Source of the DNA: Muribaculaceae bacterium | GTDB taxonomy: Bacteria > Bacteroidota > Bacteroidia > Bacteroidales > Muribaculaceae | Direction of reading: 5' to 3' | Length of the DNA stretch: 34,393 nucleotides | Assembly: GCA_009775535.1 (NCBI GenBank) | Contig: VSPW01000001.1 | Location: 1 to 34,393, forward strand | Shown: positions 26,614 to 34,393 of the stretch, piece after piece | How positions within the stretch are numbered: the first letter of the stretch is position 1 | How the letters are laid out: the number at the start of each line of letters is the position of its first letter | Notes under the pieces: model-generated | What the model was told of the DNA's origin: nothing | What the model saw: the letters and a program-made list of their open reading frames with translations, nothing else | Database searches by the model: none | Position numbers and translations under genes: made by a program

Positions 26614-27795
26614 CTAAGGGAGGAAAACGGTTATCTGTTCAGGGCTGTGGGTGAGGGCTTCCAGCCCGTTGGCGGTGACGGCATACGTATTTTCGATGCC
26701 TACTGCCCCTGTACCCGGTATTACGAATTTGGGCTCAAGGGCGATTACATTGCCTGTCTCAAGGATATCCCTGCTTTTTGGCGCGATCACGGGTAGCTCG
26801 TTGATTTCAATTCCTACGCCATGACCCACGAACCCGGCATGCTGTGAATGCCCCATGAAATAGTCCTCAAGCCCTGCGGCGCGTGCTATGGATGCTGCCT
26901 CTTCGTAGAGGGCGCGTGCCTCAGCCCCCGGACGTCCTGACTTTTCCAGAGCCCGGCATATGTCTATTGAGCACTGGTGGGCCTTCAATGCCTTTTCGCT
27001 TATGTCTCCGGTACATGCGAATGTACGTGTCATGTCAGTCATGTATCCGTTGAAGTTTCCGTTTGCGTCAACCATCACTGACAGTCCTGGGCGTATCACC
27101 GTGCCGTTTGCACCCACAGGCAGCGACGGGTTCATGCCTTGGCCGCCCATGGCGAAATCATATGGCGATGCCGCGTCTGCATTGTCCCCGGCCAGGATAT
27201 TTGCCATATGTATCTCCATTACATCCCCGGCGGTGCGGAATTGCCCCAGGCATCCTTCCAGGCGGCTTGTACGTTCTATCTCGACCTGCAGTTCTATGTC
27301 GGTCATGCCTTCGCGGAAAAGTGACGGTATCTTGGAGTACACATGGTCGTGTTTGATGCCGTCTTCGCGTAGCATTTCCAGCTCCATGCCTGTCTTTACT
27401 GACCGGACCTTGCGCATTACCGCCGATGCATTCACTGCTTTGGCGTTGAAAGCCTTCATTATCCTGGTGGCCATCGCGTATGTCAAGGAGTCCAGTTCTA
27501 GCCCTATCTCCGAGCCTTGGGGTACATCTATATGCTCCGGCATGGATTCCGGTTTTGTGACCGCCACCACGTCCTTACAGTGGTGTATGGTGTTTGGTCG
27601 GCGTACAAAATATGTCGGATTGCCGCTTGCGTTTATATATATGAACCCATCGAATACACGTCCGGTGAGGTAGAATATGTTCGCTGTGTCGCGGACTATG
27701 ATATGCTCGATGTTTTCCGCCTTCATCCGGGCCTTGACCTTCTCCAGCCTTAATGCGGCTTCCCCGGCGGGGATCATAAGCAAAGTGTCGTGCAT
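26614..27795 (-). CDS. Xaa-Pro aminopeptidase family (M24)
   Basis: Creatinase_N-like start (NIFYLTG), DAN...GYMTDMTRT, GHGVGIEINE, ALEPK, VGIEN metal ligands. Confidence 0.9.
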   Translation of the reverse strand: MHDTLLMIPAGEAALRLEKVKARMKAENIEHIIVRDTANIFYLTGRVFDGFIYINASGNPTYFVRRPNTIHHCKDVVAVTKPESMPEHIDVPQGSEIGLELDSLTYAMATRIMKAFNAKAVNASAVMRKVRSVKTGMELEMLREDGIKHDHVYSKIPSLFREGMTDIELQVEIERTSRLEGCLGQFRTAGDVMEIHMANILAGDNADAASPYDFAMGGQGMNPSLPVGANGTVIRPGLSVMVDANGNFNGYMTDMTRTFACTGDISEKALKAHQCSIDICRALEKSGRPGAEARALYEEAASIARAAGLEDYFMGHSQHAGFVGHGVGIEINELPVIAPKSRDILETGNVIALEPKFVIPGTGAVGIENTYAVTANGLEALTHSPEQITVFLP

Positions 27796-27798
27796 GTC

Positions 27799-28452
27799 TT
27801 ATCTTGTGGTTTGATCTTTGTTCAATATCTTTTCTATGAGGTCGTGGAAACAGTCGATTCTGTATTCCGCATCTGAGACCGTGCCGAATCCGTATGCCGC
27901 CCAGATGAACGGTAGTCCCGCACGGTGGGTTGAATCGGCATCGCCTTGTATGTCGCCCACATATACAGGCCTTTCCAGTCCGTGCCTGTCTATCAGGAGA
28001 CTGATGTTGTCTTCTTTTGGGAGCGATGTCTCCCCGTGGGTTAGGGTATCTGTGAAGTATGGCCTCAGTCCGGTGTAGTCAAGGAACATCCTTAGGCCGT
28101 CCGGTCCGCAGTTGCTCACCATAAACAGCCGGTATCTCTTGCTCAATGCCTTTAAGTCTTCGGCGACGTGGCTGTATAGCGTGCCGCCAAGCTGGGGCAT
28201 CAGTTCGGTGTCGACTTTTCTCAGTATTGAGCAGAATCGTTCAGTGTCCATATCTATGCCGTGGCAAATGTGGGAGGCGATTACATCGAGCGGCTTCCCC
28301 ATCATTGACAATAGCTCGTCGCGGGACACCCTACGTTCTATCCCCATGCGCCGGAATGATTCATTCCATATTGCGCAATATGAATCTACGGCATCCCAGA
28401 GAGTGCCGTCCATGTCGAATATTATGCTGTCGAAGTCTGTCTGTGTGCTCAT
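27799..28452 (-). CDS. HAD-family hydrolase (phosphoglycolate phosphatase-like)
   Basis: IIFDMDGTLWD motif I, VSN motif II, K, YVGDIQGD motif IV, AAYGFG. Confidence 0.9.
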   Translation of the reverse strand: MSTQTDFDSIIFDMDGTLWDAVDSYCAIWNESFRRMGIERRVSRDELLSMMGKPLDVIASHICHGIDMDTERFCSILRKVDTELMPQLGGTLYSHVAEDLKALSKRYRLFMVSNCGPDGLRMFLDYTGLRPYFTDTLTHGETSLPKEDNISLLIDRHGLERPVYVGDIQGDADSTHRAGLPFIWAAYGFGTVSDAEYRIDCFHDLIEKILNKDQTTR

Positions 28453-28925
28453 TTTGTCATTGGTGTGAATGATATGCCGATCTGTTCTATTCCTGTCACG
28501 GTATCGACCCTCATTATGTGCCTTAGCCTTATCGGGGCTCCGTTGTAGACCGTAAAGTCCCTATAGACAGTGTCGGCCAGCTGGAAAGTGAGTCCCATCC
28601 CGCGCCCGTGCCAGTGTCCGTATTTGTCGGAGAGGGTGATGTTCAATGTGTCAGCTTTCTCCGGGTCGAGGGTGTCGGCCGGGGTGGGGTATAGTATCTC
28701 TAGCCATATATTGGAATATGGGTAGCTGTTGGTATGGCGGAGGGTGACGGCCAACTTGCCGGTTGCCGTCGAGTCGGCGATCGCCGGAATGAACTCAAAG
28801 GTATCGTCATATGCCCAACCTTCAGAGTCTACGGTATGGTATTGGCTATAATTATTGTGCCCGGGGGAACATGCCCCCAAGCACAATAAGGATGTCATAA
28901 TTAACGACGTGATGGCTTTATTCAT
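28449..28925 (-). CDS. gldH: GldH-family lipoprotein
   Basis: Lipobox CLGAC, GW...D, LRHTNSYPYSNIWL, DTL...G.W.G.G, LRHIMR...GI..IG; ATG 28925 overlaps the ricT stop. Confidence 0.9.
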   Translation of the reverse strand: MNKAITSLIMTSLLCLGACSPGHNNYSQYHTVDSEGWAYDDTFEFIPAIADSTATGKLAVTLRHTNSYPYSNIWLEILYPTPADTLDPEKADTLNITLSDKYGHWHGRGMGLTFQLADTVYRDFTVYNGAPIRLRHIMRVDTVTGIEQIGISFTPMTK

Positions 28926-30294
28926 CAGATTTTGGCGGGTTTTGGCGCTGCGGCCTAGGTTTCCGGTTGTTGCCTTCGCCTGTCTGTGGCATATTTCCCT
29001 GGTTGGCTTGCTGTTGCCGCGGCTGTCGGCGTTGGCCATCCTGTCTCTGTCCGCCCTGTTTGGGAGGCCGGTTGGTCCTTTGTTGGCGTTTCTGGTCAGA
29101 TGCCTGTCCGTCTGCCTGTGCCGAAGCTGCCGCCTTTGGCTCACGTGAAGAGTACCGGTCGCGGGGTTTCTGTGTATCCCTGGGCTCAGACTTTTCGGTA
29201 TCGCCTTCTTGGCGTGGCCGTTTCTCGCCTGTGGCGTTTCCGTCTTTTTTTGGCTTGCGCTTCTTCTTTTTCTTGTCGAAACGCGTCAGGTCATTGTCCC
29301 CAAGTATGTCAAGCGGCTTTTTCGCGTTATCCTTGTCGTCACCTTCGCGCTTCAGCGACAGGGGCTTTTCCCCGGCCTTGTTCATGGCGATTATTTCAAA
29401 AGCCCGCGCTGCATCTATCGTTACAAGGTTGGCGGCCATCGATTTGTCGGTGGAGTATGTTATCTCGCGCTTGAATATGTCGGTCTTGAAGTGGAAATAT
29501 GTGGAGTCCGCGGTTTCCAGGCGTATGTCCTTTGACGGCAGGCGCTTGATGCTCTCCACATATGTGTCGGCCTCGAAATTAAGGCAGCATTTGAGTTTTG
29601 CGCACTGTCCTGCTAGCTTTTGTGGGTTGAGTGATATATCCTGGTAGCGGGCGGCGCTGGTGGCGACAGACACAAAGTTGGTCATCCACGAAGCGCAGCA
29701 CAGCGGACGTCCGCAAGGGCCGATTCCACCGATGCGTCCTGCTTCCTGGCGTGCGCCGATCTGCTTCATCTCTATCCGCACCTTGAATGTCTCTGCAAGC
29801 ACTTTTATAAGCTGGCGGAAGTCGACACGCTCATCGGCTATATAATAGAATATGGCCTTGTTGCCGTCACCCTGATACTCTACGTCACCGATTTTCATGC
29901 TTAGCCGCAGTGATTCTGCAATCTTGCGTGAGCGGATCATGGTGTCGTTTTCCTTAGCCTTAGCTTCCTCGTATTTCTCAAGGTCGGCCGGACGCGCCTT
30001 GCGGAAAACGCGGCGCACCTCGGCATTTGGGCGTACGTTTGCCTTGCGCATCTGTAGCCTTACAAGGTCGCCCACCATGGTCACCTGGCCGATGTCGTGG
30101 CCTGGGGATGCCTCCACGGCTACCATGTCGCCGATTTCCAACGGTATGTTTGTGGAGTTCTTATAGAAACCCTTGCGCGTATTCTTGAACTGCACCTCTA
30201 CCATGTCGAAGTCGGCGAACCCTCCAGGGATGTCGGCTAGCCAGTTGGTGCAATACAGTTTGCCGCGGGGGCATTTGTTTTCATTTTTTGCCAT
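28918..30294 (-). CDS. ricT: RicT/YaaT (PSP1 domain) Fe-S regulatory protein with long low-complexity C-terminal tail
   Basis: VEVQFKNTRK, FYYIADERVDFRQLIK, RIEMKQIGARQEA, GGIGPCGRPLCC, KLAGQCAKLKCCLNFE. Confidence 0.9.
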   Translation of the reverse strand: MAKNENKCPRGKLYCTNWLADIPGGFADFDMVEVQFKNTRKGFYKNSTNIPLEIGDMVAVEASPGHDIGQVTMVGDLVRLQMRKANVRPNAEVRRVFRKARPADLEKYEEAKAKENDTMIRSRKIAESLRLSMKIGDVEYQGDGNKAIFYYIADERVDFRQLIKVLAETFKVRIEMKQIGARQEAGRIGGIGPCGRPLCCASWMTNFVSVATSAARYQDISLNPQKLAGQCAKLKCCLNFEADTYVESIKRLPSKDIRLETADSTYFHFKTDIFKREITYSTDKSMAANLVTIDAARAFEIIAMNKAGEKPLSLKREGDDKDNAKKPLDILGDNDLTRFDKKKKKRKPKKDGNATGEKRPRQEGDTEKSEPRDTQKPRDRYSSREPKAAASAQADGQASDQKRQQRTNRPPKQGGQRQDGQRRQPRQQQANQGNMPQTGEGNNRKPRPQRQNPPKSDE

Positions 30295-30342
30295 AGCTGC
30301 AGTAAAGTTGGCTTATGTTGTTGATGGTGGCTATGGGCATTG

Positions 30343-31887
30343 TCACTTGGCGAAGCTTACGGAACGGGTCTCGCGGATTACGGTGATCTTTACCTGTCCC
30401 GGGTATGTCATCTCGTCCTGGATGCGTTTTGCTATCTCGGCCGACAGCTTTTCTGTCTCAACATCGTCAATCTTGTCCGCGCCGACGATCACGCGCAGTT
30501 CTCGTCCGGCCTGGATGGCGTAGGTCTTGATGACGCCAGGATATGACATCGCCAGCTGCTCAAGGTCGTTGAGACGCTTGATGTATGCCTCCACTATCTC
30601 GCGGCGAGCGCCCGGGCGTGCACCTGAGATGGCGTCGCACACCTGTACGATCGGGGCAAGGAGCGAAGTCTGTTCCACCTCGTCGTGGTGCGCGCCGATG
30701 GCGTTGCATATCTCGGGCTTTTCCTTGTATTTTTCGGCCAGCTTCATGCCGAGCAGAGCATGGGGCAGTTCCGGTTCTTCATCGGGCACTTTGCCTATGT
30801 CATGCAGCAGTCCTGCCCGGCGGGCCTTCTTTGGGTTGAGGCCTAGCTCCGATGCCATGATGGCGCATAGGTTTGCTGTCTCGCGTGAGTGCTGCAGCAG
30901 GTTCTGTCCGTAGCTCGATCTGTATTTCATCTTTCCCACCATGCGTATAAGGTCGGGATGGAGTCCATGTATGCCCAGGTCGATGGCTGTGCGCTTGCCG
31001 GTCTCGATGATTTCTTCCTCTACCTGTTTCCGCACCTTCGCCACCACCTCTTCGATGCGTGCCGGGTGTATGCGGCCGTCGGCCACCAGCTGGTGCAGTG
31101 CCAGGCGTGCTATCTCGCGGCGCACGGGGTCAAAGCCGGAAAGTACGATGGCCTCTGGGGTGTCGTCCACTATTATCTCGATTCCGGTAGCGGCTTCCAG
31201 GGCGCGTATGTTGCGGCCTTCCCTACCGATTATGCGGCCTTTGATTTCATCGGAGTCGATGTGGAATACTGTCACGGAGTTCTCTATGGCGGTTTCGGTG
31301 GCCACACGCTGGATTGACTGCACGACAATCCGTTTGGCCTCTTTGTTTGCCGTCATCTTGGCCTCGTCCATGATGTCGTTTATGTACGATGCAGCCGCTG
31401 TCTTGGCCTCGTCTTTGAGCGACTCTATGAGCTTCTCTTTGGCTTCTTCCGAAGAAAGGCCTGAAATATGCTCCAATGTGTCCTGTGCGGTGCGTTGCAG
31501 CTTTTCGACCTCGGCCTTTTTCATTTCCACCATGGCCGACTGTGCGTCAAGGTTGGCGCGGGTGTTCTCCAGTTCGTTGCGCGTGCGCTGGTTCTCGCTC
31601 TGCTGCTGGTTGAGCTGGATTTCACGGTTTTTCATCTTTGCTTCCGCCGACTGCACCTTTGCCAGGCGTTGGTTTGCCTGCTTTTCTGCATCGGAAGTGA
31701 TGCGCAAGGCCTCTTCACGGCCTTCAAGCATCTTGTTTTTCTTCAGGTCCTCCGCCTCGCGTACGGCATCGTCGATGATGATTTTCGCGCGGCTCTGTGC
31801 CATTGATTTCTGGACTATCATCGTGGCCGCTGCACCGATTGCGAGTGCGATTATTGCGATGGCCACATAGATTATTACTTGTATCAT
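30343..31887 (-). CDS. rny: Ribonuclease Y
   Basis: N-terminal TM, coiled coil, KH domain [15 protein letters not shown] domain YGQNLLQHS...[31 protein letters not shown]. Confidence 0.97.
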   Translation of the reverse strand: MIQVIIYVAIAIIALAIGAAATMIVQKSMAQSRAKIIIDDAVREAEDLKKNKMLEGREEALRITSDAEKQANQRLAKVQSAEAKMKNREIQLNQQQSENQRTRNELENTRANLDAQSAMVEMKKAEVEKLQRTAQDTLEHISGLSSEEAKEKLIESLKDEAKTAAASYINDIMDEAKMTANKEAKRIVVQSIQRVATETAIENSVTVFHIDSDEIKGRIIGREGRNIRALEAATGIEIIVDDTPEAIVLSGFDPVRREIARLALHQLVADGRIHPARIEEVVAKVRKQVEEEIIETGKRTAIDLGIHGLHPDLIRMVGKMKYRSSYGQNLLQHSRETANLCAIMASELGLNPKKARRAGLLHDIGKVPDEEPELPHALLGMKLAEKYKEKPEICNAIGAHHDEVEQTSLLAPIVQVCDAISGARPGARREIVEAYIKRLNDLEQLAMSYPGVIKTYAIQAGRELRVIVGADKIDDVETEKLSAEIAKRIQDEMTYPGQVKITVIRETRSVSFAK

Positions 31888-31953
31888 AGCTGTGTGGGTA
31901 ACTTTGGGTAGATGGGTTGGGTTGTTTAAATGGTGATGGTATTAATATATAAA

Positions 31954-32054
31954 GACACACGCGCCTCGCACTCACCGTATTTTGGCGGTGGCGGCAGGGC
32001 GCACGCTTGCGGCACAGGCCGTCACCACGGTCAGGGCGGTGGCTTGTGTGGGTC
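31954..32054 (-). ncRNA. Candidate structured RNA (6S-like rod or rny leader element)
   Basis: Manual pairing gives a ~100-nt interrupted rod (CACAC/GUGUG, GCC/GGC, CGC/GCG, ACCGU/ACGGU, GGUGACGGC/GCCGCCACC, apical loop near GCAA); zapA-downstream position. Confidence 0.4.
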
Positions 32055-32071
32055 AATCGATGTTGCGGATG

Positions 32072-32097
32072 AAAGAAAATGGGCGGTGTGGGCCGCC
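32072..32097 (-). terminator. Weak terminator-like hairpin after zapA
   Basis: GGCGG-CCCACA-CCGCC followed by CAUUUUCUUU on the minus strand. Confidence 0.4.
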
Positions 32098-32112
32098 GGG
32101 CGTATACGGAGG

Positions 32113-32403
32113 TCAGTCAATCTTCAGCAATATGCTGTCAAGCTCCTTCTCAAACTGCTCCATTGTGGCATTCAGTTGGGGCTCATGTTCAGCTATATTG
32201 TAATATAGCCGTGCAAACTGGAATGCAACCATCGCCAGGACCTCATTGGCGCTGCGCTGTTTGAACCTTTCGCGCCATAATGCCCAGAGCTTGTTGACTT
32301 GATATTCCACGGTACGCACAACCGCTTTGTCCTCACGGCGTATATTCATTGGCACCGGATCGGTGTCTGCTATCTGGATTGTTATCACAAAGTCTTCTTT
32401 CAT
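32113..32403 (-). CDS. zapA: Cell division protein ZapA
   Basis: 96 aa, ITIQIA...MNIRRED...VR...VN, VLAMVAFQFA, C-terminal coiled coil; synteny with rny. Confidence 0.8.
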   Translation of the reverse strand: MKEDFVITIQIADTDPVPMNIRREDKAVVRTVEYQVNKLWALWRERFKQRSANEVLAMVAFQFARLYYNIAEHEPQLNATMEQFEKELDSILLKID

Positions 32404-32407
32404 TGCA

Positions 32408-32701
32408 TCATTGTGTTAGATCGTTGATGCAGCGGTCGATTTCCCGCACTAAAGTTGAAATCAATGTCCGGGTCCGTTCGGTCTGGGAATTGTCAGGAAT
32501 CACATTTGTGGCAATCTGCAGATACTCCACTTGCTGCCGCAAGGATTCTATCTCTTTCTTCTGTGCCAGTATCATGGCATCCTGTTCCAGGATTCTGGCA
32601 TCGGCCTGACGCTTGCTTTCAAGCAGCACATGATAGCGTTCCACAAGGATTTTAGCCTTGTTCGACACTCTCTCTATTGTCTGCTTGAGTTCTCCGGGCA
32701 T
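32408..32701 (-). CDS. Coiled-coil protein upstream of zapA (ZapB-like)
   Basis: Heptad-rich ~97 aa ending LVREIDRCINDL, typical of the Bacteroidota zapA partner; start ATG 32701. Confidence 0.8.
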   Translation of the reverse strand: MPGELKQTIERVSNKAKILVERYHVLLESKRQADARILEQDAMILAQKKEIESLRQQVEYLQIATNVIPDNSQTERTRTLISTLVREIDRCINDLTQ

Positions 32702-32719
32702 TTTTATTCCAAATTTCCA

Positions 32720-32727
32720 CAAAAGTA
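32720..32727 (-). promoter_or_regulatory. -7 element for the ZapB-like/zapA/rny run
   Basis: TACTTTTG on minus strand 18 nt upstream of ATG 32701. Confidence 0.6.
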
Positions 32728-32806
32728 ATGAAAATTCCCCAATAACAAGGCATGCCCGTAGGTTATTTTGAAAAAAATGTCGTGATTTTGCAGCAGCCTG
32801 CGCGCA

Positions 32807-34216
32807 TCAGAAGTGGCTTGACCCGTCAAAGCAGTGGGTGCAAACCTTGCATTTGGGAAGCCCTATCGCCTTGATGAGGGTCTCGATAGTGTTGAACTTA
32901 AGGGATGTAAGGCCGAAGCGCTCGCGTATTTTCTCGACCATCGCCTTGTACTGTGGCGAATCTGTGGTGGCATATGCCTCAAGGTTTTTGTTCGGGTCGC
33001 CTTCAAGGTCGCCGATTATGCGGCGTGTGAGCAGCTCCATGTCCGATTTGGAAGAAGTGAAGCCTACATAGCGGCATCCGTAGATCAGCGGCGGGCATGC
33101 TATGCGCATATGCACTTCCTTCGCGCCGCAGTCGTAAAGCACCTTGACATTGTCGTTGAGCTGTGTGCCGCGTACGATCGAATCATCGCAGAACAGGGCA
33201 CGCATCCCTTTGAGCATCGCCCTGTTGGGCACTAGCTTCATTTTTGCCACGAGGCTGCGCATCGTCTGGTCGCTGGGGGTGAAGCTCCTAGGCCAGGTAG
33301 GGGTGTATTTTGAGATGGCACGGCGGTAGGGGATGCCCTTTCCCGCAGCATATCCCAGGGCCATGCCCACACCTGAATCGGGTATGCCGCAGACGCAATC
33401 CACCTCGCTTTCATCGGTCTTGCCCATCTCGAATCCCGACTTGAATCTTACATCCTCTACATTCCTGTCCTCATAGCACGATGTGGGGAATCCGTAGTAC
33501 ACCCACAGGAACGAGCATATCTGCATCTCGCTGCCAGCTGGGCGCAGGGTGGTCACCGCATCGGGTGTCACCTCCACTATCTCGCCTGGCCCGAGGTCGC
33601 GTACGGTCTCATAGTCCAGGTTAGGGAAGGCGGTCGACTCTGAGGTCAGGGCGTATGCGCCGTCCTTGTACCCCAGGATGATGGGGGTGCGGCCATAGCG
33701 GTCGCGTGCCGCTATTATGGAACTTTCTGTGAGTATCAGCATCGAGCACGACCCGTGTATGTTGTTGTATACGTTCTCGATGCCGTCCACGAAGTCCTTG
33801 CCCTGGTTGATGAGCAGGGCTATTAGCTCTGTCTGGTTTGTGTTGCCTGAGCTCAGTTCCGCGAAATGCTTGCCGTCGGCAAGCAGCTTCCGTTCAAGCT
33901 CATCGATGTTGCATATCTTTGCGACAGTGACTATTGCATACTTCCCCAGATGTGAATTTATGATTATAGGCTGAGGGTCGGTGTCGCTTATTATGCCTAT
34001 CCCGAGGTTGCCCTTGAACTTGTACAGCTCGTTTTCAAATTTTGTCCTGAAATAAGTGCTCTCAAGGCTGTGTATCGAGCGGCAGAAACGCTTTTCCGTG
34101 CCATCGTAGGTGGCCATGCCGCCTCTACGTGTCCCGAGATGGGAGTTGTAATCCACTCCGTAAAACAAATCATTGCGGCATGCCTGCCTGGATGCGACTC
34201 CGAAAAAGCCTCCCAT
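32807..34216 (-). CDS. purF: Amidophosphoribosyltransferase-like protein (PurF family, lacking N-terminal Cys)
   Basis: Ntn-fold remnants (AARDRYGRTP, LTSES, VRDLGPGEIV), GIPDSG, DDSIVRGT PRPP-binding, EVHMRIACPP, CTHCFDG; start MGGFFG at ATG 34216. Confidence 0.85.
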   Translation of the reverse strand: MGGFFGVASRQACRNDLFYGVDYNSHLGTRRGGMATYDGTEKRFCRSIHSLESTYFRTKFENELYKFKGNLGIGIISDTDPQPIIINSHLGKYAIVTVAKICNIDELERKLLADGKHFAELSSGNTNQTELIALLINQGKDFVDGIENVYNNIHGSCSMLILTESSIIAARDRYGRTPIILGYKDGAYALTSESTAFPNLDYETVRDLGPGEIVEVTPDAVTTLRPAGSEMQICSFLWVYYGFPTSCYEDRNVEDVRFKSGFEMGKTDESEVDCVCGIPDSGVGMALGYAAGKGIPYRRAISKYTPTWPRSFTPSDQTMRSLVAKMKLVPNRAMLKGMRALFCDDSIVRGTQLNDNVKVLYDCGAKEVHMRIACPPLIYGCRYVGFTSSKSDMELLTRRIIGDLEGDPNKNLEAYATTDSPQYKAMVEKIRERFGLTSLKFNTIETLIKAIGLPKCKVCTHCFDGSSHF

Positions 34217-34248
34217 AGTCTCTATAAATCTTTTTTGGTTTGGTGCTG

Positions 34249-34256
34249 CAAAGTTA
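34249..34256 (-). promoter_or_regulatory. -7 element for the purF-like gene
   Basis: TAACTTTG(CAGC) on minus strand; argues against the ORF-track start at 34270. Confidence 0.65.
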
Positions 34257-34393
34257 GCAAATAATTCCAAAACCGTAATGGATTGTCAGAAAAAGGCAAC
34301 TGTTAAAAGCTCCGCTAAAAGATAGAGGGGGTGCGCGGGTGGTGCGGGGCGAGGGAGAGACAAAAAAAAAAAAAAACACAAAATATACAAAAA

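Noticed and set aside
28926..29144. N-terminal extension of gldH overlapping ricT
   Set aside because: It is an alternate frame of the low-complexity RicT tail; the signal peptide starts at 28925.
30941..31870. 309-aa plus-strand ORF (similar cases: 3590-4387, 20453-21583, 26960-27673, 11530-12198, 7614-8288)
   Set aside because: These are antisense shadows of well-supported genes, expected with GC-rich third positions, and show no recognisable motifs.
31890..31925. Repeated TGGGT motifs (possible G-quadruplex or tandem repeat) upstream of rny
   Set aside because: They are short and irregular; on the coding strand this is a C/A-rich unstructured leader typical of Bacteroidota translation initiation regions.
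34321..34393. G-rich stretch and long poly-A run at the window end
   Set aside because: Low-complexity sequence at the edge, probably a contig-end or assembly artefact; not interpretable.
1..34393. CRISPR array, prophage, IS element, integrase or reverse transcriptase
   Set aside because: No regularly spaced repeats and no ORFs with such motifs were seen; nearly all long ORFs are explained by other families.

Overview
Window from a Bacteroidota chromosome. It has canonical TTTG-N20-TAnnTTTG promoters, GldH, DUF3575/Mfa pilins and AT-rich leaders. GC-rich coding DNA and gene content suggest a gut Bacteroidales such as Muribaculaceae (inference). Most of it is housekeeping: RecD-like helicase 3' end, pyrC, Dpm1-like glycosyltransferase, esterase, hflX, tRNA-Arg(CCT), 4Fe-4S protein-thyA-folA, psd-pssA, rubrerythrin, aspD, a beta-barrel OMP, a long minus-strand run (ZapB-like, zapA, rny, ricT, gldH, HAD, M24 peptidase, cca, queD, queE) and a purF-like gene lacking the N-terminal Cys. 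The main accessory element is a ~10 kb type V (Mfa-like) pilus operon at 10164-19552. Its promoter lies between inverted G8/C8 tracts (candidate invertible switch), and its tip subunit ends in a probable C-type-lectin-fold domain. Other leads: a rod-like RNA candidate between zapA and rny, rny next to ricT, and back-to-back ECF-like promoters for rubrerythrin and aspD. No integrase, transposase, reverse transcriptase or CRISPR array is visible. All family assignments come from motif recognition by eye, not database searches.
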